From Bacillota bacterium (lineage in GTDB: Bacteria > Bacillota > Dethiobacteria > DTU022 > PWGO01): DNA of 64,000 nucleotides. This document shows positions 34,039-43,868 of this stretch, one piece after another. Position 1 is the first letter of the stretch. Every line of letters begins with the position of its first letter. The notes under the pieces are model-generated. The model did no database searches and was not told where the DNA came from. It saw nothing but the letters and a program-made list of their open reading frames with translations. The stretch is from assembly GCA_012518215.1 (NCBI GenBank), contig JAAYSV010000024.1:2340-66339 (forward strand), written 5' to 3'. Both the position numbers and the translations under genes were made by a program.

Positions 34039-35259
34039 ACCCTGTTTTTTACTCTTTGCCAGTTTCAAGGCGCTGAAGAGACCCCGCTGCTTGATAGTTT
34101 TCAGTGCCAGGCCCCGGGGGGTCATCTCGAAAAATTTGCGCCCGTAGCGTTTCAAAGCCTGCTCATCGATCTCGAAACCGAGTCCCGGTTTATCCGGTAT
34201 TTTCACATACCCCTCATCGTCAACCATGAAATGTTCTTTCAGGATGCCATCACGATATTTGGGGATCCAGGACGGCGGTTCGTAAGGGAATTCAATGGGC
34301 TCCCGGACAGGATTGGCTGCGGCGATCTGCAAATTGATTGCGAAACCCACGCCGTTGCTCCAGGTGTGGGGCTTGAAGCGCAGGCCACGCCGGGTAGCTT
34401 CATGCATGATCTTTACCGCGGTGTCGATTCCGCAGAAAGTAGCATCGGGCTGATAGATGTCCAGGGATTCTTTCTCGAACAGGACCTGATGTTCATGCCA
34501 TCCCGGGGTCAGTTCCCCGCCGGCGATGGGAACCTTCGTGCGGCGCCGCAGCTCGGCCATCTCGTCAAATGCATACATATCCAGCGGCTCCTCCAGCCAT
34601 TCTATATCATATTCTTCACAGGCCGTGGCAAATTCGGCCGCCCGTTCGAGGTCCCAGATAGCCGGTTTGTGAATAATGGTCACCGGCCACCCCTGGTTGG
34701 CGTCCACCCCGATTTCCATGGTATCGCCCACCGCTTTACGCACCGCCTCGATCTGCTTGATATCATCCTTGATGTCATCATCGTGAACGCGCAGTTTCAC
34801 GATCTTGAACCCCATTTCCCTTATTTTCAGCACTTCCTCGGCCCGGCGATCCGGCTCGTGCACCTCACCCGTGGAGCAGTATGTCGGCATGCGCCCTCCC
34901 TTTCCGCCCAGCAGCTCGTAAACCGGCTTGCCTTCTTTTTTGCCGATCAGGTCCCAGAAAGCAGCCTCGATCCAGTGGTTGCGCCAGCCCAGGTAAGATG
35001 CCTCGCGGAGAAGTTGCCGGACTTCGTCCATTTTTTCCACTTCCTGCCCGATCAGGTACTGCCCGATCAGGGTTCCCAGACCTTCACGCTCTTCTTCCAT
35101 GGCCATTCCGGCACTGTAGCCCACCAGACCATCGTCGGTGGTAATCTTCAGGAGTGTGCTGCGGTTAAATCTTTGCGGATAGCCAGGAATCCAGGCCGGA
35201 TAGAAATCCACGGCCAGGGGAATTGAAATGTGGTAAAGCTCGATCTTGTTTACTTTCAT
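34036..35259 (-). CDS. Mandelate racemase/muconate lactonizing enzyme family protein
   Basis: WDLIGK..GKPVYELLGG, KIVKLR, VDANQ, WLEEP, GGE, QPD, PHTW. Confidence 0.9.
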   Translation of the reverse strand: MKVNKIELYHISIPLAVDFYPAWIPGYPQRFNRSTLLKITTDDGLVGYSAGMAMEEEREGLGTLIGQYLIGQEVEKMDEVRQLLREASYLGWRNHWIEAAFWDLIGKKEGKPVYELLGGKGGRMPTYCSTGEVHEPDRRAEEVLKIREMGFKIVKLRVHDDDIKDDIKQIEAVRKAVGDTMEIGVDANQGWPVTIIHKPAIWDLERAAEFATACEEYDIEWLEEPLDMYAFDEMAELRRRTKVPIAGGELTPGWHEHQVLFEKESLDIYQPDATFCGIDTAVKIMHEATRRGLRFKPHTWSNGVGFAINLQIAAANPVREPIEFPYEPPSWIPKYRDGILKEHFMVDDEGYVKIPDKPGLGFEIDEQALKRYGRKFFEMTPRGLALKTIKQRGLFSALKLAKSKKQG

Positions 35260-35542
35260 TTGCTTTTCCCTCCTTTGATATCTTCATTCTGTCCTTTCTG
35301 ATCTATTTTTATTGCTATTCAACCAATCTGGCCCGACTGTATCTTTCTTGTCTGGAATCAACCTTCTACTGTATTTACTTTTGTATTTACTTTATTCAAC
35401 CAGGTTTTTTATTAATCCTTCAAATAGCCGGGAAATAACGAAAATAATGCCCTGAAAAAAACAATGATGCCTGCTGAATGACAGACAGAGGACATCAGGG
35501 GCTGCAATGAATTTTTCCTGCAAGAGGGGGAAGAAATTTGAT

Positions 35543-35766
35543 GGGGGAATTCTTCGGTAGCGGCAGAAACCGCCGCTCCCTCTGAATTGCAATATAATAT
35601 GAACGGCGCCCTCTGAATTTCAGGTACCATGCTTTGACTTTGCTGACAAGCAGGGCAGCTTTTACGTCGTCATTGCTATGGAAGTAAATGAACTCCAGCA
35701 AAAATATGCACCCGGAAGAAACAATTTCCGTTTATCGTGGTGCGGGTAACGCGTGGAAATTCAGAG
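35543..35766 (-). repeat. Dispersed repeat copy A: REP-like head on + strand (35543-35588) and inverted ~98-bp core (35669-35766)
   Basis: Reverse complement of 35669-35766 matches the cores at 41813-41884 and 56143-56242 (CACGCGTTACCCGCACCACGATAAACGGAAATT.TTTCTTCCGGGTGCATATTT). Confidence 0.9.
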
Positions 35767-35994
35767 CAAGCATCTTTTCATGGAAAGGCAAATTCTTTTA
35801 ACGAGGAAAATGCTTGCAGGATGCCTAGCTTTATCGCCGGATATGGCGCCGCGAAGAATTATGTGGCACTGTCATTCAGGAAAGATGCGCCGGTTTTCTA
35901 CCGGCGCATCCGTATTCAACTACTCTGGTTTGGCAATTCATGCAAGGCAAGGTGCGGCCGCACGAACAGCTGAACGGGACACCGCAATCTTCCC

Positions 35995-38900
35995 TCAGGC
36001 CTCCTCCACCGGAAACTTATCTATCAAGCCGACGATGCGACGAAGAATCAAAATCGCGTCCTGCACGTCTACTTTGCCATCCCCGTTAACGTCGGCAGCA
36101 ATTATCTGTTCAGGTGTCAAATTCGCCAATCCCACGATGTCTCTCAATACAAATATGGCATCTTTTACAGTTACTGTCCCATCACCTGACGGGTTTCCAT
36201 ATATTATGGATTGCAGAACGCCTTCCACGATCTCGTAGGCACCTTTGTTATTGGGGACAAGTGTAACCTTCATGTTGGATGAAAGATTCAAAGCCGGACG
36301 AACACCAAAGGAGCTAGTAGGTGCTTGTGTTCCGTAATTGTTTCCGGAAACTCCAACGACACACATATAATATTCGGAACACTCATCGGCTTGACGGGTC
36401 CAGTACCATTCATAATCCATGCCCCCCAAACCCGACCCCTGGAAACGCGGCAAATATGCCTTCAGTCTTTCGGCATGCGCATATGATAGCGACGGCAGAT
36501 CAAAATAGGGCAAAACGGTACCGGCCGGGCGGTTTCCGGCAAGGCCCATCTCGGCCAGGGAGAGGGCAAAAACACGATCGTCGGTGAAATAGGTGCTACC
36601 CGTATCCCAGGTCTTGTTGGGCAGTTTGGTGGTCAACACCCCGCTGCGGAACATTTGCGAGAAAGCATTATAAAAACCGTCTCCCGCATAGGCATAATCT
36701 TTCTTATCCAGACTGTTCAGGAAGGGGCGCAGGCCATGGTCAGCATTGGGCTTTCCGCTATCGCCCCAGTTGTTGCTGCCAAACTCCCATTTGATGCCCC
36801 TGTTGGTGCTGTCGTCAAAGGGATGCCGGGCAATCAATTCTTCCGAGACCAGGGTGACATGCGGGCGGTCTCCCTCGACATCATAGTGATCCTTTGCCGC
36901 CACAATCCAGGTCACCTCTTTCTTGACTCCTTTCGGAACGGTATTTCCGGCACGGTCTTTATTGCTGTAAGATGATCCCATCCTGTGTTCCCAGACCCAC
37001 GAAGGATCCACAACCCTGTCGCCGATTTCCAGATCCCCCAGAAGCTGGCTACCCTGGATTTCGGTGAAAATCGCCCGGAGTACGGCATCGCCTGTCAGTT
37101 TTATGGTAGTTTCGGCAGCATTGATATCGTCAATGGTAATGTTTTCAACAGGAGCCAAGCTCCATCTTACAAATTCGTATCCCTCGGCAGGCACGGCCTT
37201 GACAGGTATCGAAACATGGGCATCAACCATTGGTAAGGGCCAACCGAGTTCCACCGTGCCCACCTCATCGCCATACATCCCGCCGGACTCGCTTTTCCAG
37301 ATAAAGATTTCCAGTCTTACCTTGTTTGGTGGCTTGACAACCAGGCGGAACTTGGCTTCCGCCCAGGCGTTATATGGGTCCTTTGCGGTAAGATATATAT
37401 CAAACTCCCCTTCCTGGTTGGCCGTCCAGACAATATTGCCGCTGTTGTTGCCGCCCTCATCCATGACCAGCTCGAGGCCATGTTCGCAAAGGGGACTGTC
37501 CAGTGTAAAATCCAGCAGATCGCCATCGGGATCCTCCGCCTGGAAGGGAATGGAGATGGTCTCTCCCCTATTCACCTCCCGATCGCTTTCATACTCTTCC
37601 GGTTCCTGAAAAGAGGGAACGCAGTTGGGCACATACAAACTGAAAGAAAAATCGTAACCGTCAACTTCTCTTTCCAGCTCAGTGACCGGATCGCTGAGAT
37701 GAATGCGCACTCCGTAATCGCCTGCTTCTATATCGTTTTCAGCAGGATTCCAGCTCAAAATATAGGAACCGGGTATATGAGGGTAGGGTTCCATCGGTAT
37801 TGCCTCGGCTACCATTTCACCATCCGGAATCGATTCAACAGAAACCACGGCATCAAGTCCCCGCCGAGCGCCGTCGGCATAGGCAACAATGACGAAAGGC
37901 GTATCCACTGGCCAATCTCCCCCATCCAGAAGGCCGGATGGATCCGTCAGGCAAGAAGCCAACCCCGGCGCCGCGGCTTCCTCCACAAAATCGACCGTCA
38001 ATCTGACCACGGCAGAAGTCTTTTCGGGATCATTGGTTTTGACATTCAGGTTGCACACCAGGGGTCCCTCGGGTGCTTCCGTGGGCAAATCCAGCGGCAC
38101 TATTTCCACATGCTTCTCACCGGGCCAGATGGCTATTTCCCCGGAATCGGGGGAAACCCAATCCGGCACCCCCGCCTCGGTGTCAAATTCCACCACCAGT
38201 TTTTCACTGCCGATGTTGCGCATGGGAATAACCGCCGATGCATCATGCATTCCTTCGGTAACACTGACCGTTATATCATCCGGCATTTCCAGTGCCGGTG
38301 AGGTCCTGTAACCCTCCACCTTGTAAGTTTCTGCGGTGATCTTCTCGGCAAAACGCAGGCCGTCGCTGACAACCACCTTGAATTTGTACTCTTCCCCGGC
38401 AGGAAGTTCGTTGGCATTTACAGTCCGGGAGAAATTTCCGGGTCCTTCATGTGCTATATCCATGGCGATGAGACGCCAGTTCTGGCCACCATCACCGCTG
38501 GCCATCAATGTGGAAGAAAGGGGAGCCCCGGCCTCATGCGTTGCCCTCCATGAGATCTGGAATTCCCCGGATAGCGTCCCCCCGCCCGTTGGAGCAGTTA
38601 TGGTAACTTGCGGTGCAGACTCGGAAAATTCATAACGTTTCCAAACGTGCATCATCTCGCCTTCGGTAGGGTGGGTAACAAGGTGGCCAATTTCTATGGC
38701 TGCTATGTCGTCACGACGGGGAAAACTCAACTGGAAAGGAGCAAAAGTTCTGCCTTCGTATTTAAAGGTTTCGAAGAACCCATGGTCCAGAACTTCTCCC
38801 TGGCTATCGACCAGCTGCAACATGTAGGAGTTACTGCCCATATCCACGCCCCTGTCCACCGCACCCCTGTACGGAAGCACCGGATCCAGAAAAACACTTT

Positions 38901-41289
38901 CTATTTTGTCGATGGCTCCCACCACCTCTCCGGAAAGAAGAAGAACATCGGTATCCTCCTCCGCCAGTAACAATTCAGCTCCTGTTCCTGTGACGGGTTG
39001 CGTGGCATATTCGAGCAGTTTTGTGTATTCCTGCCCCGTGGGCCAGGGAAAATGGGTATGATCATACATTATGGCCTCACAAAAAGGCGTAATATATTTT
39101 CCATCGCGGAGTAGATTGTTGATGGGACCCTTTCCGTCATGACCATTGGCGGAGAGCGGCGGCACTTCATTTTTGGGGTATACATCCTTCAAACCCAGCG
39201 TATGGAGGAATTCATGCAAGGTATGATGTGCAAGCGCCTCACCGGGATCAAGGAGCACCGCACCGTGTGCCGCCCCGAGGAATTCCCAGTTCAGGCCGAA
39301 AGTACCGGCCTGCTGCAGGCCGGATGCTCCCAGAAAACCCGGCGGGGTCAGGCCCACAACAAGATCTGCCCCGCCAGCGTGACCAGATTTTTGTATGCGG
39401 TTCAGCGTGCGGAATATGCGACGCAGATAACTGTCATGCGATTCCTTGCCCCAGAGCCACCCGTTCGCCCGGGCCACATGGAAGGGAAGCGCCTTGCTAA
39501 AACTGATGGGAGCCGGGAATACCTTGCGGATAAATTCCTCCTGCCTCATTATGGTGGATGCCGGGTAAGAAATGGCGGAGGATTCCCAGGCGCCCACTTG
39601 CAAAGGGACAAAAATAAAATTGAATTCCTTGCGTGCCTTGTAAAGTTCATGCGGTACATATTCGTTCCCACTGCTGCCCGAACCTCTATCCTCGCAAGTT
39701 CCAAGAATCACCCTTGATTCGCGCCGCCCCCGATCAGTATCCTTCATTACGGCCCTGACAGCCAAGCGTTTGGGGGGCAATAAATCAGCAGGATTTATCT
39801 GGATATAGGCCCGGTGTTTACCCTGTATGACCACTTCATTGTTGGTATAGTTTCCCACACCTGCATAGGTATCATTAGCATACCGCCGGTAGCCTGAAGG
39901 CGGAGATTGGTTGATAACTACATCGGGATTTTTGGAATCATAAACCTCGATACCAACGCCCTGCAATTTCTTGTCCGATGGATATTTTTGTTTTACAAAT
40001 ACATAAGGTGAAACAAACAGGGGGGCTTTGTGATCAACGACAATACGCGAGGGGTTATCCACAACCTGTGTCAGGTACCAATACAGATCCATTAATGGAA
40101 ATACCGTCATCTCCAGTGAAACCGAATCCGTACCGTCCGTTCCGGGAGGATAGTTTATTTCCAGCTCGCCGTTTTTATCCGTTGTTTTTTCAGAAAGGTG
40201 TCCCAGATTTGCTCCACCCCAGAACTGAACTCGCATATCGGGAAGCGGATCGCCATCGGGCGTAACCACGTTGACCTTTATGCTGCCTTCGAAATTTCCA
40301 AGGTCGTCATAAGTAAAATACTTATCTTTAAAAAAGGGATGATAATCGCCATGCTGCGGGATAATCCGTGCAAACAATGCCGGGGCGGGAACCCTGATCG
40401 GGGACAGTTCAAACGTTGCACCATTTCCCCGTCCCGTAAAAAGTGTTTCTCCTTCCACATTGCTCCTTTCCCACAAACCATTGGCCATATACCAGGTTAC
40501 AGTATGACCATAGCCATGAGCAGTCACCCACCTGAAGAATATGCGGCTTTCCTGCCCTGCACGGGGCACAGATTTACCGGGATCATCCTCATCGCCATAG
40601 CATTCGAAATCCACCCGTATATCGTGAATGAAGGGATCTTTTCCCAAAATTTCATGGAGATGCAAATTCCGTTCATCCGCCTCGTTGCCCGCTTCATCGC
40701 GGGTTATCAGGCCAACTTTCATTATCTCATTTTCATAGAAGCTAACCTCTACTTCAACAGACACATAGATATGATGTTTGTATTTTACCCTTGCAGTCCC
40801 GGTGCCGATATACTCACTGGGAACGTAATCCAAACCTGCAGGGCGTATGATGTTCTTGATTTCCCAGTTGGGGACAGCCCCGTATCCCATAAAAATATGA
40901 TGTTCCACGCTTCCGCTCGGTACGGGAGCATCATCCGTCGCTACAAGGAAATAACCGCCATCTTTAAGAGTCACTTCCAGATCAAAACCTACCTCGTGAG
41001 ATTCCTCCTGCCCCAAACCGGAGTTATAAAACAGCTTCCATTCCCGGATCTCGAAGGTATGGGAAGTTACAACTTCCCAACCCACACTCCCGTCAGACAC
41101 TTCGAAACCCCTTTCTTGCAATTCGGGCTGGCCCTGTTCCACTATCTCACCCGATGACGCCTCTTCCCACGGCCCATCATCGCCGCCAAGAAGCCACCCG
41201 GTAGTGAAGCCCCGCTCAAAAGCTTCCCCGGTTCCGGACAACGCCAGCAGCATTACCAGCAATAACAGCAACATATAATTTTTTTTCAA
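35995..41289 (-). CDS. Large secreted multidomain protein: HExxH zinc-peptidase-like region, Ig-like domains, DUF6273-like domain, C-terminal dockerin-like domain
   Basis: Signal peptide; LHEFLHTLG; AEDPDGD; LGDLEIGD..V, YWTR..., GVRPALNL; GNPSGDGTVTVKDA...ADVNGDGKVDVQDAIL duplicated Ca-binding motif. Confidence 0.8.
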   Translation of the reverse strand: MKKNYMLLLLLVMLLALSGTGEAFERGFTTGWLLGGDDGPWEEASSGEIVEQGQPELQERGFEVSDGSVGWEVVTSHTFEIREWKLFYNSGLGQEESHEVGFDLEVTLKDGGYFLVATDDAPVPSGSVEHHIFMGYGAVPNWEIKNIIRPAGLDYVPSEYIGTGTARVKYKHHIYVSVEVEVSFYENEIMKVGLITRDEAGNEADERNLHLHEILGKDPFIHDIRVDFECYGDEDDPGKSVPRAGQESRIFFRWVTAHGYGHTVTWYMANGLWERSNVEGETLFTGRGNGATFELSPIRVPAPALFARIIPQHGDYHPFFKDKYFTYDDLGNFEGSIKVNVVTPDGDPLPDMRVQFWGGANLGHLSEKTTDKNGELEINYPPGTDGTDSVSLEMTVFPLMDLYWYLTQVVDNPSRIVVDHKAPLFVSPYVFVKQKYPSDKKLQGVGIEVYDSKNPDVVINQSPPSGYRRYANDTYAGVGNYTNNEVVIQGKHRAYIQINPADLLPPKRLAVRAVMKDTDRGRRESRVILGTCEDRGSGSSGNEYVPHELYKARKEFNFIFVPLQVGAWESSAISYPASTIMRQEEFIRKVFPAPISFSKALPFHVARANGWLWGKESHDSYLRRIFRTLNRIQKSGHAGGADLVVGLTPPGFLGASGLQQAGTFGLNWEFLGAAHGAVLLDPGEALAHHTLHEFLHTLGLKDVYPKNEVPPLSANGHDGKGPINNLLRDGKYITPFCEAIMYDHTHFPWPTGQEYTKLLEYATQPVTGTGAELLLAEEDTDVLLLSGEVVGAIDKIESVFLDPVLPYRGAVDRGVDMGSNSYMLQLVDSQGEVLDHGFFETFKYEGRTFAPFQLSFPRRDDIAAIEIGHLVTHPTEGEMMHVWKRYEFSESAPQVTITAPTGGGTLSGEFQISWRATHEAGAPLSSTLMASGDGGQNWRLIAMDIAHEGPGNFSRTVNANELPAGEEYKFKVVVSDGLRFAEKITAETYKVEGYRTSPALEMPDDITVSVTEGMHDASAVIPMRNIGSEKLVVEFDTEAGVPDWVSPDSGEIAIWPGEKHVEIVPLDLPTEAPEGPLVCNLNVKTNDPEKTSAVVRLTVDFVEEAAAPGLASCLTDPSGLLDGGDWPVDTPFVIVAYADGARRGLDAVVSVESIPDGEMVAEAIPMEPYPHIPGSYILSWNPAENDIEAGDYGVRIHLSDPVTELEREVDGYDFSFSLYVPNCVPSFQEPEEYESDREVNRGETISIPFQAEDPDGDLLDFTLDSPLCEHGLELVMDEGGNNSGNIVWTANQEGEFDIYLTAKDPYNAWAEAKFRLVVKPPNKVRLEIFIWKSESGGMYGDEVGTVELGWPLPMVDAHVSIPVKAVPAEGYEFVRWSLAPVENITIDDINAAETTIKLTGDAVLRAIFTEIQGSQLLGDLEIGDRVVDPSWVWEHRMGSSYSNKDRAGNTVPKGVKKEVTWIVAAKDHYDVEGDRPHVTLVSEELIARHPFDDSTNRGIKWEFGSNNWGDSGKPNADHGLRPFLNSLDKKDYAYAGDGFYNAFSQMFRSGVLTTKLPNKTWDTGSTYFTDDRVFALSLAEMGLAGNRPAGTVLPYFDLPSLSYAHAERLKAYLPRFQGSGLGGMDYEWYWTRQADECSEYYMCVVGVSGNNYGTQAPTSSFGVRPALNLSSNMKVTLVPNNKGAYEIVEGVLQSIIYGNPSGDGTVTVKDAIFVLRDIVGLANLTPEQIIAADVNGDGKVDVQDAILILRRIVGLIDKFPVEEA

Positions 41290-41776
41290 GACAAGTCACC
41301 CTCCTTTATACCAACTGATAAAATTTTCTTGTTATTTCCTGTATCCAGTTTTAAATAATACAGCAATAAATTCCCGCCCGAAACCGAGAGAAGACAGTTT
41401 TTTGCCAATTATGGAATGAATCTCCCGCCCGTCTGGCCTGCAATGACCTCTTCTGATGAAGACGATCGAACCATCCCATTTTTCATGTTGTCAATCACCT
41501 CTTGATGTTTTTTTTACCAAACCAAGATTTCAAGGATAGAACAGAGCTTCCCATCTGCTGTCAAGGCCTTGATTGCCCATGATGGCCTGATAGCTCTCCG
41601 CTCCAGTAAAATAGGGGACATAATTCTATTATTCATACAAACACAACCATAACCATGATAATAATATCATAAAAATGTCACTTTTGCCTACATTTTTTAT
41701 AATATGTTCAGTTTTGATTGATGACAATGCTATTTGTACCTGTTGCGGTAATTATTTGAAGGGATGGGTATAGATT

Positions 41777-41902
41777 GGGGGATTCTTCGGTCGCGGCAAA
41801 AACCGCTGCTCCCTCCGAATTTTCACGCGTTACCCGCACCACGATAAACGGAAATTATTTCTTCCGGGTGCATATTTTTGCTGGCGGCACCCCATGAATG
41901 AC
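41777..41902 (+). repeat. Dispersed repeat copy B
   Basis: GGGGATTCTTCGGTCGC...GCTCCCTC.GAATTTTCACGCGTTACCCGCACCACGATAAACGG...GAATGAC. Confidence 0.9.
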
Positions 41903-41959
41903 AGCCTGAAGGCAAGGGGCACCCCTCCCAGGACAAATTTCAAACCTTCGACACAGAAA

Positions 41960-42106
41960 CTACTTCTTCAATATGTTGTCGTCAACAACCCTGGTGCTCT
42001 TGCACCTGGGGCAGATGTATATTATCTTTTTTTCATGAATGAAGAAGCGGTGGTTACAATTTTTGCACAACAGCAGACGTGTGGGGCTAGGGATAAAATC
42101 CTTCAT
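41960..42106 (-). CDS. 48-aa zinc-ribbon protein (absent from ORF track)
   Basis: AGAGGTGA RBS; MKDFIPSPTRLLLCKNCNHRFFIHEKKIIYICPRCKSTRVVDDNILKK* with CxxC and CPxC. Confidence 0.7.
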   Translation of the reverse strand: MKDFIPSPTRLLLCKNCNHRFFIHEKKIIYICPRCKSTRVVDDNILKK

Positions 42107-42259
42107 CGGTCCGTCACCTCTTTTCTGATCCAAAATATCTAGCTGATTACTGATATATATATATTAACAGGTTAACATGGTCATTTACTGTCCATTCCGT
42201 ATTCAGCGGCATTTCACGGTGTTCAGCCCCGAAAAGATACGTTCAATGTTCAAATGGAT

Positions 42260-43774
42260 TCATTGTAAAAAATTGCTATCAGCGCCTGACCCCAACTTGT
42301 CGTACAACAATTTTTTGGCAAGATCAAACGCTTCCCGGCGGGTAGATATTTTGCCGTCCAACTGTGCTTCACGCACACTATCTTTCAAATAACCAACCAG
42401 CTCGCTGGCCGGCAAACCGAAACGGGCCATGATATCCCATCCATCCAGCAATGATGGCTCTTCGAACCGGGGACTCACCCTCTCCCTCCATTTCTTTAAA
42501 AACGCAGGAGCCCTGACAGACAACACCTCTTTAACCCTGCCTTCCGATAACCTTTCGCCCTTTTTGGAAAGCAAATCGGCACAACCCAGCAGAAACAGTC
42601 CGGCAGTATCCTCCCCGTGTTCACGCCAGAACTTTTCCTGCGTCTTGCTGCTGGACCGTTCAACAATATCCTGTATCTGAAAATGTCTTTTCACCAGAAA
42701 CAGCAACAAAGCTTTGTCCCTGGCGGACAATTTCAGCTCACCGGCAATTTCTTTGATCAACCCAAGACCGGCCCTCTCGTGATCAAAAAACCTGACCCTG
42801 TTTTTATCATCAATTTCGCGAACCAGCGGTTTCCCGATATCATGAAGTAATGCCGCCAGTTTCAAAACAGGCAAATTGTTGCCCCGGGAAAGCCAATCGC
42901 CAAACAGCGCATCATCATCAGGAAAAAAATCATTTACCCGTTCGATCAAATTGTCCAACTCCAGAACAACCTGAAAACTGTGACCCCATACGTCCTGATG
43001 GTGATACCCCCCCTGTATGCAGTCGATCATGGGAATCATCTGCGGAAACTGATTTTCTACCAGACCATATTTTCCCGCTTCCAGCAGCCAGGTGCCTGCG
43101 TCGGGTTGCGCCAGCAGGCAGAAAATCTCGGCCCGGGTTCTTTCACCCGCTACTTTTCTACACAGATGAGCATTTTTTGAAACCAACTGTTTCAAGTTTT
43201 CGGCGGGTAAGAATCCCAGCTGAGCGGAGAATCTCCATACCCTCCACAACCTCAGAGGGTCATCCAAAAAAATGGAGCCGGAAACTTCCCTCAAAATGCC
43301 CCTCTTCAGATCAGCCAGGCCGCCAAAAGGGTCGATGACCATTTCTTCCACGCAGTCCCTGGCCGGTTTATTGCGGGCAAGAACCGGTAATATTTCTTCA
43401 AGGGGAACGGCCAGGGCGTTGACCGTGAAATCTCTCCTTCCCAGATCTTCGACAATGTCGCCCTCCAGCTCCGTGATATCGAGCCAGGCCTGCCGGGACG
43501 TATTGCCCCCTGTCCTCCCTTCGGCGGCCATGGTGCTTTTGCGAGGGAACACGAAGCGAAAACATACCCCCCTGTCCTTGTCGCCCCATCTGACCAGAGT
43601 GCCATCCACACTTTTAGCCACAGCGAGAGCTGCTTTTTCTGCGCCTTCAACAACAAGGTCCATGTCATGTGAAAAACGGCCTGTCAAAAGATCGCGCAAT
43701 CCGCCGCCGACAAAGAATACACCGGGAAAACCCGACAATACCTCCAACGCTTTCTTGATTTCTGGAACATTCAT
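42260..43774 (-). CDS. Class II tRNA nucleotidyltransferase (probable CC-adding type) with HD domain
   Basis: VGGGLRD..DMD (motif A), EDLGRRDFTVNA (motif B), DDPLR (motif D), LLHDIGKP (HD); very short segment between LDITEL and EDLGRRD. Confidence 0.88.
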   Translation of the reverse strand: MNVPEIKKALEVLSGFPGVFFVGGGLRDLLTGRFSHDMDLVVEGAEKAALAVAKSVDGTLVRWGDKDRGVCFRFVFPRKSTMAAEGRTGGNTSRQAWLDITELEGDIVEDLGRRDFTVNALAVPLEEILPVLARNKPARDCVEEMVIDPFGGLADLKRGILREVSGSIFLDDPLRLWRVWRFSAQLGFLPAENLKQLVSKNAHLCRKVAGERTRAEIFCLLAQPDAGTWLLEAGKYGLVENQFPQMIPMIDCIQGGYHHQDVWGHSFQVVLELDNLIERVNDFFPDDDALFGDWLSRGNNLPVLKLAALLHDIGKPLVREIDDKNRVRFFDHERAGLGLIKEIAGELKLSARDKALLLFLVKRHFQIQDIVERSSSKTQEKFWREHGEDTAGLFLLGCADLLSKKGERLSEGRVKEVLSVRAPAFLKKWRERVSPRFEEPSLLDGWDIMARFGLPASELVGYLKDSVREAQLDGKISTRREAFDLAKKLLYDKLGSGADSNFLQ

Positions 43775-43782
43775 ATTACAGT

Positions 43783-43868
43783 AACCGACCGTCCATTATT
43801 CACTCCTCCGGGATGGCTGTTTCCGAAACCGACCGTCCATTATTCACTCCTTCGGGATGGCTGTTTCC
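43783..43868. repeat. Tandem duplication, 42-bp unit with 44-bp period and one mismatch
   Basis: AACCGACCGTCCATTATTCACTCCT(C/T)CGGGATGGCTGTTTCC at 43783 and 43827. Confidence 0.95.

Noticed and set aside
41409..41486. 25-aa ORF (MKNGMVRSSSSEEVIAGQTGGRFIP) with a GAGGTGA RBS upstream of the large surface protein
   Set aside because: Too short and featureless to support without conservation data.
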